Shown here piece by piece: positions 41,691 through 52,155 of a DNA stretch of 64,000 nt. The position numbers and the translations under genes were made by a program. Within the stretch, counting starts at the first letter, position 1. Each line of letters starts with the position of its first letter. The notes under the pieces are model-generated. The model searched no databases. It saw nothing but the letters and a program-made list of their open reading frames with translations, and was not told the origin of the DNA. Source of the DNA: a bacterium (GTDB taxonomy: Bacteria > UBA8248); contig CBDBBI010000010.1 in NCBI GenBank assembly GCA_965202625.1, positions 2,816,001-2,880,000 of the forward strand. The letters are read 5' to 3'.

Positions 41691-42974
41691 CTATCCCCTC
41701 GCGCTGGCGGGTCCCTTCAGACCTTTCGCCTCGCAGGAGACGGTGTTGCCCTCGCCGGTTGACGAGCCGATGACCTCGATGTGGTCGAAGGCGTGCTTCA
41801 TCTCGGCCTGGGACTTGCCGCGCATGACGAAAACCTCCGAGATGCACACGTGGTCGCAGGCGCGAATCTGGCACGGGCCCTTGCTGTATTGGAATTTCTT
41901 GCCTTCCAGGGCGCTCGCCAGCTTGAAGTGGTCGCGCCGCTTGTAGAGCTTCGTCTCTTTCGCCGTGTCCAGAATGAGCCGCGTGAGGTCGTAGGCGAGC
42001 ATTCCGTAGCTCGAGCACGGGCGCTTGCGGCGCTCCAGAAATTTTTTGTTGAGCACGTCGGCGGCCGGGTATTTGCCGGCGAGCGAGGGGTGCCACATCA
42101 TCGCGGCGTTGAAGCCGTCGTAGGAGCCGGGGCCGGCGGCCTCGGGCATGGTGATCTCGGTCGCGCCGAGGACGATCTTCACCTTCTTGTCGAGGCCGGC
42201 TTCGCGCGCCTGCTTGACGAAGGCGACCTGGCGCTGTCCCCAGTTCAGCGCGTAGAGGACGTCGGGCTTCTCCTTGAGAATTCGCGGGAAGGTCGCCGAG
42301 TAGTCCATCGAGGTGGGGAAGGGCACCCAGGAGACGGAGCGGTTCTCATCCCAGGAGAGGTCGAAATCCTTCGTCAGTTTCTTGAAGGCGGGAACGAACA
42401 TTTTGGGCCAGATGTAGTCGTCGAAGAGGCAGTGAATCTTTTTGCCCACCTTGTTCTCGGCGATGTAGGTGAGCGAACTCGCCGCCAGCTGATACGGCGT
42501 GGTGTTCGCCGTGAAGAACAGGGGAGACATCTTGTTCGCGTTCCCCGGCGTGGAGAGAATGTGCTGGGGATAGTTCGCGTAGATGATCTTGCGCTTGCGG
42601 GAGAACTCGTTGAGCCGCACCTCCTCGGGGCCGACCATGGAGCCGGCGATGAAGTCCACCCGGTGGTTGTCGATCAGGTCGAGAGCGTGCGTGGTGGTCT
42701 GATCCCATTTGAACTGATCGTCCCGGAACAGCAGCCTGATCTCGCGCCCGTCCACGCCGCCTTCCTTGTTGACGTCGTCGATGGCGATGCGGACGCCTTC
42801 CACCTGGTCGAACGCTTCGGTGGAGTAGGGCCCCGTCGTCGGATGGATGGAACCCCATTTGATCGGGCGGGCGCCCAGGCCCTCTCTCAGGAAGGGCGGC
42901 GCCGTCTGCGCGGCGACGATTCCGCCGATGAGTCCGGCGCCTTTCAGGAATTTCCTTCGGTCCAGGCGACTCAT
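41691..42974 (-). CDS. Tat-exported Liv-type ABC substrate-binding protein
   Basis: DRRKFLK twin-arginine motif; periplasmic binding protein type 1 pattern. Confidence 0.88.
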   Translation of the reverse strand: MSRLDRRKFLKGAGLIGGIVAAQTAPPFLREGLGARPIKWGSIHPTTGPYSTEAFDQVEGVRIAIDDVNKEGGVDGREIRLLFRDDQFKWDQTTTHALDLIDNHRVDFIAGSMVGPEEVRLNEFSRKRKIIYANYPQHILSTPGNANKMSPLFFTANTTPYQLAASSLTYIAENKVGKKIHCLFDDYIWPKMFVPAFKKLTKDFDLSWDENRSVSWVPFPTSMDYSATFPRILKEKPDVLYALNWGQRQVAFVKQAREAGLDKKVKIVLGATEITMPEAAGPGSYDGFNAAMMWHPSLAGKYPAADVLNKKFLERRKRPCSSYGMLAYDLTRLILDTAKETKLYKRRDHFKLASALEGKKFQYSKGPCQIRACDHVCISEVFVMRGKSQAEMKHAFDHIEVIGSSTGEGNTVSCEAKGLKGPASARG

Positions 42975-43225
42975 ATATGCTCCTCCTCATGGTAGTGGAA
43001 TGGCATGAAGACGCTTCATCGTTCTGCCGTCCGCTCGGTTTTCGTTCAATGCGCGCAATCATAGAATCTCCATGTCCCGGTGTCAAGAAGTGAAAACGGA
43101 GTGGGTTTTTCGGCTTTTTGACATTCGGCGGCGCGTGTGTCTCTTATGCGGCCATCATCCCTGCAACTCTCCTGTGGAAAGACGGCAGTCTGGAGAAATC
43201 GACGTTATTGCGAAGGAGTCATGCG

Positions 43226-43681
43226 ATGTTCAGGAAAATTCATCACGTGGGGCTCATCACGGACGACATGGAGCGCACCGTGAAGATGTTTCAGGAGAAG
43301 CTCGGCTGCGAGCCGAATCGCGTCCAGGTGGCCGACACCGGCTGGGCACACGCCACCTTCCTGCGCCTGGGCGACGTGGAGATAGAGATCATGCAGCCCT
43401 ACGATCCGGAGAACCACTACACGAAGATGCTCGAGCGAAACGGCGGCCCCTGCCTCTCGCACATCGCGCTTTCAACGCCTGATACGGGTGCTGCGGGCCG
43501 TCATTTTCTGAAGAGCGGCGTGAAGTTCCTCGACGGGTTCGGCCCGGGCACCTACACCCCCCGGGGATATGAAATCCTCTTTCTCGACCCCGCCGAGACG
43601 GAGGGCATCGTCATCCAGGTCGCCTCGGACGTCCCCGCAAAGGACATGGGGTATGGGGGAACCGCGCGCCGAAGACCCTGA
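43226..43681 (+). CDS. VOC-family protein (methylmalonyl-CoA epimerase-like)
   Basis: HHVG, IEIMQP, HIAL and FLDP..GIVIQ. Confidence 0.82.
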   Translation: MFRKIHHVGLITDDMERTVKMFQEKLGCEPNRVQVADTGWAHATFLRLGDVEIEIMQPYDPENHYTKMLERNGGPCLSHIALSTPDTGAAGRHFLKSGVKFLDGFGPGTYTPRGYEILFLDPAETEGIVIQVASDVPAKDMGYGGTARRRP

Positions 43682-43700
43682 TATAGCGTCGAAGCCTCGC

Positions 43701-46700
43701 TTAGTCTGAAATTTCAAGAGACAGCGTATGGGCGGCTGCGCGCTCCGTCGGCGGCTTGCGCGCGTCGTTCGGGACGGGAGGGAGTTCGTCTGCCCGAAAG
43801 CATTCGCTCTCCAGGACGGCGTCCAGCGTCTCCTCTTGTGCGGGATAGCCTGCGACCGTCGCTTCCAGGACCCAGAGCAACTCCAGCAGTTCCGTCGTGA
43901 ACTGGCTCGTCCAGCATGGGGGGCGAACGTCGTCGAGAGGCGAGGATTTCCTGCCCGCCCCCGTTTTCATGCGGTATTTGAGCCATGATTGCACGGGTTT
44001 AAGACCTGACACCTCGAATCCATAGACCTCCGGCGCGACGGGGGAGAACTCTCCCGCACCAATGCGGAGCGTCCGCGTCGCGTCCCTGTAGAAAAACGCT
44101 TCGGGATAGCCGTCCGCATCGCCGGAGATGGGCTTGACGCACCTGGCCGCGCCGCGCGGAACCTGCCCGCGAAATGCGCCCTCCGGAACGAGGCGCTCGC
44201 CGTAGGTGTGCAGCCAGAGCAGCCGCGCGCCGACTTTGCGGACTTTCTCGAAGAGCGCGGCGTTTTTGGTGATCGGCGCGCGCAGCTCGAGCGTCTCCAG
44301 CTCTCCGGCGAACCGCGCCGTGAAGGCCGGCTGCGCCAATGCGCCGTAGAGGTAGGCGGCGAAATCCTCCGGGGCGACCGGGCGTCCATACTCTTCGCCC
44401 AGCCGGTCGAGCAGGCCGGGCAGGACGTTCGCCTCTAAAGCGTCGGCGGAGCGATAGAGGGGGATCGTATCCTTGCCGCCGTAAGAGCCTCGAAAATAGT
44501 GCAGATCAGGTATCCACGAGCAGGCCGTTATCGCGGGCCCATTGCCGAGAGGGTGGCTGAGCAGACTCGTCAGATAGACTTGTCTTTCGTCATGGGTGCG
44601 CCACAGGTTGGGGCTCGGCCGATCGCATACCCGATTGTCCGCGATGATCCATTGCCGATCAAAGCTCCGATACGAGTATCGCTCGATCCGTTTGGCGGGG
44701 ATGCTTTCGGAAAGAGCGGAGATGGGTTGATGGCGACCGTCTTCTGGCGGAAGCAGGTTGTAGGGTCGGGAAACTTTTCTGTCTTGGCTTTCTCGAAAAG
44801 CCTTTGCGCGATCATCGGAAACCAGCAACTGACGCCAGCGGTTTTGCAGTGTTTGCGCATCCGGCGAAATGGGCCACGTTCTTGAGAATTTTGTGCCCGA
44901 ACACTGCCAGGGCATGAGGTCGGTCAGCAGCGGCCAAGTGAAGTATGCGCCCTCTCCCGCCGGACGAAAGGGGGCCAGCCAATCGTTCGGGCAATCCCGC
45001 CATTCCACGGAGGCGAAGTCTTTGACGGCGTTGAGCGCCGCCAACTTTTCTTTGCGCCTGCCCTCGATGCGGGCGTAACGCACTCTGGCGGGCGCGTCCA
45101 TTTTCGCCTCTTTTGACCGAAAGGCCACGGCGATGGCGACGGGCGTCTGAATGGCGAACACGTTCTCGTCCCTGCGCGCTCCCCGTCCCTCGCCGCCGAG
45201 GTCGAGTATCCATATCTCATCGCAGAGGCGGCGCATGTGTTCGCGCATTCCGCAAAAGGCGGCACCGTCCAGGTAGCTCGACGCGCTGATGAAGCTGACG
45301 ACGCCCGGCCCCTTGTCCTTATCCTGCTCGAAAACCTTCCACAACGCCCAACGCCAGAAATAGACGTAGAGGTTGTAGAGGTTCTTGAGGTGGACGCCGT
45401 GTCCGGCGGCGACGGCGGGGCCGAGGAAATCCTTGAGAATGGCGCGCCGCCGCCTGTAGTCGAGCCTGGCTCTGGCCGTTTTGAGCGCCCTTTCTTTGCC
45501 CCTGTCGTCCGTCACCCTGTAACCGGGAGACAAAGGATCGCCGAAGCGCACCCATCCTCCGGCCCGGGAGAGGGCGTCTTCGTTTTCCGTGTTCGCCGCA
45601 TCGTGCCGATCGTAGGGCGGATTGCCGAGGCAGACGATGACGGGAACGTTGCTCTTGAGTGCGAGTGCCTTTTCGTGCTGCTTGGCGATGGGCTGCAGAA
45701 CGAACGGCATTTGGGGAGGTTCGGCGTTGGGGCTTTCGAGCGTGTCGGTGAGGTAAATCCGCGTTCCATCGGCTGGCAGCGTCGCTCCGCGCGCGCGCAG
45801 GGCGCGGCTGATGCGCAGCTCGGAGACGGCGTAGGGGCCGACCATCAGCTCGAAGCCGTAAAGGTTTCCGGCCAGGGTGGACGCCTGGCCCGCCACCGCT
45901 CCCGCGCCCTGTTCGACCTCGACGCGCCCGAGGGCGTGCTCGATGACGCCGAGCAGGTAGGTGCCCGTGCCGACGGCGGGGTCGAGCGTCACGACGCCGG
46001 AATCGGCGAAGCCGAGGGGCTTGCGCAATCGGTTGACGAGCAGGTCGTCGATAAGGCGCGTCTGGGCGCGCACCACCTCGACGGGGGTGTAATAGACTCC
46101 GGCGTCCTTGCGGAGCTTCGGATCGTAGGCGGCGAGAAAATCCTCGTAGAAATAGAGCCAGGGGTCCTGCCGTGAGGCGCCGGGGGCGTTGGGCGGTGCG
46201 ACGCCAATGACGCGCAGGAGCAGGTCAAGGGACGCGGAAATCTCCGCGCGCGCCTCGGGGTCGGTCAGGATTTGCAGGGCGCGGGAGAGCAGGCTGTGCT
46301 TTTCCGCAAGCGCGGCCTCGGCGTTTGGAAGCGTGAGAGGGTCCGCCCCCTCGCTGCGTCCCAGAAGAAGGGCGAAGGCGACGGTCTGGGCATAGGCGTC
46401 CGCGAATTGCGCGTTTGAGGCGTCGGGGAAAAGAATCTGCCGCCAATCCTCGGCGAGGCGGACGAGCGGCGAGGCGGGGTTTTTGAGTGCGTCCGCCACG
46501 TCGTCGCGCAGCATCCGGCACAAAGGCGCGAGAAGGTCGGCGAACCCTTTGAAGTCGATCTCGCCCGAAAGATTCGGGGAGAGGGCCGGAGCCAGCAAAA
46601 GGGCGGACGGATCCCACAAAAGGAAATCGCGCAAGAGAAAAGCCAGGTTCAGGGCGTTCTCGGCAGTGGCGGCACTCTCGCCGTCGGTGGCGACGTCGCC

Positions 46701-47111
46701 CGAGAGGCGGACGACCTTGCCCGCGCGCTCGCCGCCCCGATAGAGTGCCCATTCGTTGCCGTCGGTGTAGAGAATGTTCGGTATGCGGGAGAAGCGCCTG
46801 AATTGTTCGCGGTTGCGGCCTCTGAAGCGGTTTTTGACGGCGCCGACGCCGGGGGCCTTGAGCTCGACGTATCCGGCGAGCAGCCCGCTCTTGTGGACGG
46901 CGTAATCGGGACGGCCGAGACGCCCGGGCAAAGGCGTCTCACCGGTGCAGACGACCTCCCATCCCAGAGTGGCCGCCGTGCCCGCCATAAGGTTCTCGAA
47001 GGGGGCGCGCAACTGCTCTTCCGGCTCGCCGTGCGTCATTTGCCCCGTTTTCTCCGTCACGGCGGAGGCGAAATTTCGCAGGGGTTCATAGATTGTCGCG
47101 CTTTCGTTCAT
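43701..47111 (-). CDS. Single-chain restriction-modification enzyme (N6-adenine methyltransferase with type ISP-like C-terminal specificity domain, no helicase)
   Basis: N-terminal PD..ELK nuclease, GVYYTP, LDPAVGTGT, GNPPY and YRSFDRQW. Confidence 0.88.
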   Translation of the reverse strand: MNESATIYEPLRNFASAVTEKTGQMTHGEPEEQLRAPFENLMAGTAATLGWEVVCTGETPLPGRLGRPDYAVHKSGLLAGYVELKAPGVGAVKNRFRGRNREQFRRFSRIPNILYTDGNEWALYRGGERAGKVVRLSGDVATDGESAATAENALNLAFLLRDFLLWDPSALLLAPALSPNLSGEIDFKGFADLLAPLCRMLRDDVADALKNPASPLVRLAEDWRQILFPDASNAQFADAYAQTVAFALLLGRSEGADPLTLPNAEAALAEKHSLLSRALQILTDPEARAEISASLDLLLRVIGVAPPNAPGASRQDPWLYFYEDFLAAYDPKLRKDAGVYYTPVEVVRAQTRLIDDLLVNRLRKPLGFADSGVVTLDPAVGTGTYLLGVIEHALGRVEVEQGAGAVAGQASTLAGNLYGFELMVGPYAVSELRISRALRARGATLPADGTRIYLTDTLESPNAEPPQMPFVLQPIAKQHEKALALKSNVPVIVCLGNPPYDRHDAANTENEDALSRAGGWVRFGDPLSPGYRVTDDRGKERALKTARARLDYRRRRAILKDFLGPAVAAGHGVHLKNLYNLYVYFWRWALWKVFEQDKDKGPGVVSFISASSYLDGAAFCGMREHMRRLCDEIWILDLGGEGRGARRDENVFAIQTPVAIAVAFRSKEAKMDAPARVRYARIEGRRKEKLAALNAVKDFASVEWRDCPNDWLAPFRPAGEGAYFTWPLLTDLMPWQCSGTKFSRTWPISPDAQTLQNRWRQLLVSDDRAKAFRESQDRKVSRPYNLLPPEDGRHQPISALSESIPAKRIERYSYRSFDRQWIIADNRVCDRPSPNLWRTHDERQVYLTSLLSHPLGNGPAITACSWIPDLHYFRGSYGGKDTIPLYRSADALEANVLPGLLDRLGEEYGRPVAPEDFAAYLYGALAQPAFTARFAGELETLELRAPITKNAALFEKVRKVGARLLWLHTYGERLVPEGAFRGQVPRGAARCVKPISGDADGYPEAFFYRDATRTLRIGAGEFSPVAPEVYGFEVSGLKPVQSWLKYRMKTGAGRKSSPLDDVRPPCWTSQFTTELLELLWVLEATVAGYPAQEETLDAVLESECFRADELPPVPNDARKPPTERAAAHTLSLEISD

Positions 47112-47160
47112 TCCATCGCGCTTTCTGATTCGCGGAATTTCTTTTGCGGCGGGCTTCTCT

Positions 47161-47892
47161 TCACGTCCCGAGGTAGTATTTCTTCACGAGTTCGTGGCCG
47201 GCCAGGGATTCGGTGTCCCGGCCCTCGAAGGCGATCTCGCCGTGGACGATGATGTAGCCCCTGTCGGCTATCTTGACGGCCTGGTTGAAGTTCTGCTCGG
47301 CCATGAGGACGGTGAGCTGGTATCGCTCCTTGAGCTCGCGGATTTTGGCGATCACCCGGCTCACGAGGATGGGGGCGAGGCCGACGGAGGGCTCGTCCAC
47401 GAGGAGCACCCGGGGGGCGGACATGAGGGCGCGCGCGACGGCCAGCATCTGCTGCTCGCCGCCGCTCATGCTGCCGGCGAGCTGGCGCTTTCGCTCCTCA
47501 AGAATCGGAAACGCCTGGAAGGAGAACGCGAGGTTGCGGTCGATCTCGCGGCGCGCCGCCTCGCGGTAGGCCCCGAGCAGGAGGTTCTCCTCCACCGTGA
47601 GGCGGGGGAAGAGGCGACGGCCCTCGGGCACGAGCGCGACGCCCAGGTTGACGACCTCCTCCGGTTTGCGGCCCACGAGGCTGATGCGCTCGCCGTCGGC
47701 CTCCAGGTATATCGCGCCCGCGTCGGGCCGCACCATGCCCATGATGCACTTGATCAGCGTGCTCTTGCCGTTGCCGTTCGTGCCCAGCAGCACGACGGTC
47801 TCCCCGTCGTTCACCTCGACGGAGACCCCGTGCAGCACGCGGACGGCGCCGTAGCCGGCCGAGACGTTTTCGACGACGATCCTATGCGCCAA
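47161..47892 (-). CDS. ABC ATPase, LivF-like
   Basis: GTNGNGKST, MSGGEQQM and DEPSVGL. Confidence 0.93.
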   Translation of the reverse strand: MAHRIVVENVSAGYGAVRVLHGVSVEVNDGETVVLLGTNGNGKSTLIKCIMGMVRPDAGAIYLEADGERISLVGRKPEEVVNLGVALVPEGRRLFPRLTVEENLLLGAYREAARREIDRNLAFSFQAFPILEERKRQLAGSMSGGEQQMLAVARALMSAPRVLLVDEPSVGLAPILVSRVIAKIRELKERYQLTVLMAEQNFNQAVKIADRGYIIVHGEIAFEGRDTESLAGHELVKKYYLGT

Positions 47893-48640
47893 GGTAGGCC
47901 CTCTCCACGCCCTTGTCGTTGACGATCTCCTCCGGCGCGCCCTCGGCGATCTTCCGGCCCGCGTCGAGGACGACGATGCGCTCGGAGAAGCTCATGACGG
48001 CGCGCATGATGTGCTCGATCATGATGACGGTGAGGCCCCCCTCGTTCAGGCGAACGAGGATGTCGAGAATGTCGTCCACCTCGGAGCTGGAAAGGCCGGC
48101 CATGGCCTCGTCCGAGATGAGCAGGCGCGGCTTGGCCGCCATGGCGCGGGCGAGCTCGAGCTTGCGCAGCTCGATCTGGGTGAGTCCTCCGGTCCGCACG
48201 TCGGCCTTGTCCGCCATGTTCATCATCTCGAGTATCTCCATGGCCTCGCCGCGCAGGTCCACTCCGTGGGACTGGTAGTGGGCGGCGTATTCCAGCGGAA
48301 TGCACAGGTTCTCCAGGACGCTCATGCTGACGAACGGTTTAGGTATCTGGAAGCTGCGGGCGATGCCCATGCGGGCGCGCTTGTAAGCGGGAGCCGAGGT
48401 GATGTTGCGCCCGGCGAAGAAGATGCTTCCCCCATCGTTGGCGAGTGCGCCCGAGACGCAGTTGATCAGGGTGGTCTTGCCCGATCCGTTCGGGCCGATG
48501 AGGCCGAAGCGCTCCTGCTCCCCCACGTGCAGGTCCACTTTGGTGAGCGCGCTGAAGCCGCCGAAGCGCTTGGTCACCCCGCGCACCTCCAGGAGCCGTG
48601 CATCCCGCTTTTTTTTCTCGTTCACCGCGCCGCGCGCCAT
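47882..48640 (-). CDS. ABC ATPase, LivG-like
   Basis: GPNGSGKTT, DEAMAGL and EHIM. Confidence 0.92.
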   Translation of the reverse strand: MARGAVNEKKKRDARLLEVRGVTKRFGGFSALTKVDLHVGEQERFGLIGPNGSGKTTLINCVSGALANDGGSIFFAGRNITSAPAYKRARMGIARSFQIPKPFVSMSVLENLCIPLEYAAHYQSHGVDLRGEAMEILEMMNMADKADVRTGGLTQIELRKLELARAMAAKPRLLISDEAMAGLSSSEVDDILDILVRLNEGGLTVIMIEHIMRAVMSFSERIVVLDAGRKIAEGAPEEIVNDKGVERAYLGA

Positions 48641-48641
48641 C

Positions 48642-49598
48642 TCACGCCTTGCCTGCGACCCGCGCGCGAATCTTGCCGAACATGCCCACCAGGCCGTCCG
48701 GAGCGAACACCACGAAGGATACGAGGAGGCTGCCCACGATGAGCAGGTTCAGTTCCGCGGAGAGGGTGACGGTGGCGATCTGCTGGGCCGTGCCGACGAG
48801 AACCGCGCCGAGGAGGGGCCCGAGCCAGGTGGTGGTGCCGCCGATCATGGGCATGGCCAGGCTGTTCACGGCGTAGTCGAGGTGAAAGGCCGAGGTGGGC
48901 TCGATATATACCACGAAGTAGGAAAACGGCGCGCCGGCGACCCCCATCAGGGCGCCGCTCACCGTGGTGGCGAACAGCTTGATCTGGAGGATGGGCACGC
49001 CCATGCACTCGGCCGCGTCCTCGTTGTCCCGTATGGCGGCCATCCCCCGGCCCACCCAGGAATTCTCGATGAGCCAGGCGACCGACACGGCGACCACTGC
49101 GAGTGCCGCCATGACGAAGAACAGGAATTCGTCGTAGTTCGAGAACAGGGGCACGCTTCTGGGCTTGAGAATGGCCGTGCCCGCCCCTCCGCCCACGTAG
49201 TCCCAGTTCGAGACGATCATCTGGAGCACGACGGCGAGCGCCAGAGTGGCGATGGAGAAGAAAACGCCCCTGAGCCTCAAGGTGAGGTAGCCGATTCCGA
49301 GTCCCAGCAGGCCGGAGACGAGACCGCCGGCGGCGAGCAGAACGTAGAGGGGCGGCTTCCACGTCTTGATGAGCGCGACGGCGGTGTAGGCGCCCATGGC
49401 GAAGAACGCCGCCGTGCCGAAGTTCACGTAGCCGGTGTAGCCGCCCAGAATGTTCCAGGCGGTGGCGAGGACGACGTATTGCAGCACGACGTAGGCCGCC
49501 TTGTAGTAGAAGCGGTTCTCCATCTGGAAGGTGATGAGGAACGCTCCCAGAACGAGCGCGGCGGCGACGATGAGGAAGGGACCTTTTCCGTTTTTCAA
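48642..49598 (-). CDS. ABC permease, LivM-like
   Basis: WNILGGYTGYVNFG and AIRDNE. Confidence 0.9.
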   Translation of the reverse strand: MKNGKGPFLIVAAALVLGAFLITFQMENRFYYKAAYVVLQYVVLATAWNILGGYTGYVNFGTAAFFAMGAYTAVALIKTWKPPLYVLLAAGGLVSGLLGLGIGYLTLRLRGVFFSIATLALAVVLQMIVSNWDYVGGGAGTAILKPRSVPLFSNYDEFLFFVMAALAVVAVSVAWLIENSWVGRGMAAIRDNEDAAECMGVPILQIKLFATTVSGALMGVAGAPFSYFVVYIEPTSAFHLDYAVNSLAMPMIGGTTTWLGPLLGAVLVGTAQQIATVTLSAELNLLIVGSLLVSFVVFAPDGLVGMFGKIRARVAGKA

Positions 49599-49602
49599 GG
49601 GG

Positions 49603-50475
49603 CTACCTCCCGAACAGCCCGGACGGCCGCACCGCCAGGCAGACGAGAAGGATGCCGAACGAGACGGCGAGTGCCCACGAGGGGCCGAAGAACGAGGAGG
49701 TGAAGCTCTCCGCGACCCCGAGGATGAGCGCGCCCACGAGGGTGCCCGTCATGCTTCCCAGCCCGCCGAGGACGGTGACCGCGAACACGCGGCCGATGTA
49801 TTCGCGCCCGATGGTCGGCTCGACCGGGCCGATGATGATGAGCAGGGAGCCGGCGATCACGGCGGTGGCGATGCCGATGCCGAAGGCGACCGTCTTGATG
49901 CGGATGGGGTCCACCCCCATGAGCTGGACGGCGAGGCTGTCCTGGGCCACGCCCATGATCGCGCGTCCAAAGAACGTTCTGGAGAGAAACAGATAGAGGG
50001 CGCCGGTGAGCATCCCCCCCACGAGGAAGGGGACGAACAGACGGTAGGCGATTCCCACCGGGCCGATGGAGGTGGATTTGCCGATGTAGAACGCCTGGAC
50101 GAGGCGGTAGTCCACCCCGAAGGTGATGATGAGGATGACCTCGATGAGGAAAAAGATGCCGAAAAAGAACACCAGCCCGCGCAGGGATTCGGCCCCCGTC
50201 TTCTCGAAGCTGTTGTAATAGACCCGATAGACCGCGACGCCCACGAAGTAAAACGGAACGGCGAACGCGACGCCGGCGAGTACCGGATCAACGCCGAAAT
50301 GCGCGTTGACGTAGAAGGTGAGGTAGGAGCCGAAGAGGATGAACGCCGGATGCGCGATGTTCACCACGTCCAGCAGCCCGAAGGAGAGCGACAGCCCCGC
50401 GCTTATCGCGGCGTAGAAGCCGCCCAGCAGGATGCCCGCGATGAGTGCGTTCGCAAAGAATTCGAAGGTGAGCAC
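49603..50475 (-). CDS. ABC permease, LivH-like
   Basis: GLLDVVNIAH, LGGLGS and RPSGLFG. Confidence 0.9.
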   Translation of the reverse strand: MLTFEFFANALIAGILLGGFYAAISAGLSLSFGLLDVVNIAHPAFILFGSYLTFYVNAHFGVDPVLAGVAFAVPFYFVGVAVYRVYYNSFEKTGAESLRGLVFFFGIFFLIEVILIITFGVDYRLVQAFYIGKSTSIGPVGIAYRLFVPFLVGGMLTGALYLFLSRTFFGRAIMGVAQDSLAVQLMGVDPIRIKTVAFGIGIATAVIAGSLLIIIGPVEPTIGREYIGRVFAVTVLGGLGSMTGTLVGALILGVAESFTSSFFGPSWALAVSFGILLVCLAVRPSGLFGR

Positions 50476-50555
50476 GAGATGCTCCTCTCGTCCGGGTCCG
50501 GCCGGAGGGCCGAAGGGCTTCCTCGCCCTCCGGCCGCGAAATTACGTCCGGATCG

Positions 50556-51815
50556 CTACTTCGCTTTCTCGTAAGGGTAGATCAGGCTTCCGGACCTGAA
50601 CTCCTCCGGATACAGCACCACCATCTTGCCGGGCTTGGTGAACTCGCTCATCTCGTTGCTCGTGATGTTCTGGAGCTGCACCTGGAACGTCCGGGAGGTC
50701 GCCCATTCGCCGTTCTTGCCGAACTTCACGTTTCCGACCACGGTGGAGTGGGTGTTGTTCCGGATGTAGGCGCTGATTTTCTGCTGATCGAAGCTCTTGG
50801 TGGCTTCGATGGCCTGCCCGAGCACCTGCACGTAGGCGTAGGCGAACGGCGGCAGATAGTAGCCCAGCGGGTCCAGCTTCTGCTTGGGCGCCTCTTTCTG
50901 GTATTTCGCCAGAAAGGTCTCGATGCCCGGGAAGCGCAGGGTTTTCTCCGGCGCCCAGAACCAGTAGTTCGTGATGCCGTTGAGCAGCTTGCCGAGGTTC
51001 ATCTGGATGGCGGTGTATTGAAGGCCGACCATGCCGCCGCCGAAGAGTTTGGGCTTCAGGCCGATCTCGTGGGCGGCCTTGACGATGCCCACCGAGCCGC
51101 CCGGGTAGGAACCCACGTAGAACAGGTCGGGGTTGGAGGCCTTGACCGCCCGCAGAATCGGCGTGAAGTCCGTCGTTCCGGGGAAGGGGTAGCGCTTGTC
51201 ATAGACGACCTCCATGCCGTATTTCTTCGCGTTTTTCCGCGCGCCGGCCACGGCGTTGCGCGCGAACTCCGAATCCGCCGAGAGCAGCGCGATCGTCTTG
51301 GGCCGGGGGTTCTGCTTGGCGGCGATCTCGAAGAAGCCCTCGGACCAATCCACTATCGGGTCCGGGCCCGCCGGCATGATCTGAAAATAGTTGTCGTATT
51401 TGAACTTCGCGTTCGCATCCAGGCCAAACAGGCCCATGAACACCATGCCCCGCTCCATGACGATGGGCAGGGCGGGAACGATGAGGTTCGTCCCGTAGCC
51501 GGAGATCACGAAGTCCACGTCATCCACGTCAAGCAGCTTGGCGTAGATGCCGGGGACGTTGGCGGGTTTCGTCTGGTCGTCGTAATAGACCAGCTTCACC
51601 TTGCGGCCGAGCAGCCCGCCCCTGGCGTTCACGTCGTCGCGCCAGATCTGGATGGCCAGCAGCGCGGCCTTGCCGGCTGGCCCGAGCGGCCCGGTCAGCG
51701 CCATGCTGAATCCGATCTTGACCTCCTGCGCCGCCCGGGCGGCGGGCGCGAAGGCGACTCCCGCCGCCAGCAGCAGCGAGAACCCGAGAATGAACCCTCC
51801 GATAGTCTTCTTCAT
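50556..51815 (-). CDS. Liv-type ABC substrate-binding protein
   Basis: Sec signal peptide, KIGFSMALTG and GGLLGRKV..YDD. Confidence 0.9.
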   Translation of the reverse strand: MKKTIGGFILGFSLLLAAGVAFAPAARAAQEVKIGFSMALTGPLGPAGKAALLAIQIWRDDVNARGGLLGRKVKLVYYDDQTKPANVPGIYAKLLDVDDVDFVISGYGTNLIVPALPIVMERGMVFMGLFGLDANAKFKYDNYFQIMPAGPDPIVDWSEGFFEIAAKQNPRPKTIALLSADSEFARNAVAGARKNAKKYGMEVVYDKRYPFPGTTDFTPILRAVKASNPDLFYVGSYPGGSVGIVKAAHEIGLKPKLFGGGMVGLQYTAIQMNLGKLLNGITNYWFWAPEKTLRFPGIETFLAKYQKEAPKQKLDPLGYYLPPFAYAYVQVLGQAIEATKSFDQQKISAYIRNNTHSTVVGNVKFGKNGEWATSRTFQVQLQNITSNEMSEFTKPGKMVVLYPEEFRSGSLIYPYEKAK

Positions 51816-52155
51816 TTTCTCCTCCTTCTCGATTTCAACCTGCCGTGAAGTTTCCGGTTTCAAGAGGCCGCGCCGCACCCCCATGCGGCGAGAAGCGTCT
51901 TATTGCAAGCCTGATTTTCGTCTATCAAAAAACCCTAGCACAAAACGCTTCGGTTCACAATACAGGGTCACGTCAGGTGCGGGAGTGCGCCTTGAGCGGG
52001 ACGGGGGCGGCTTGGCGCCGACTCCGCGTTGGCGATTCCGCTCATGTCTGCTCTCGCTCACAGCGCGCCCGCAGGCGTTTCGCGCCGGCGCATCGGTGAG
52101 CGGCGATTCATCGACTCATCAACGCCGGAGCAAATCATTTCCCGCCATAAGAGCG

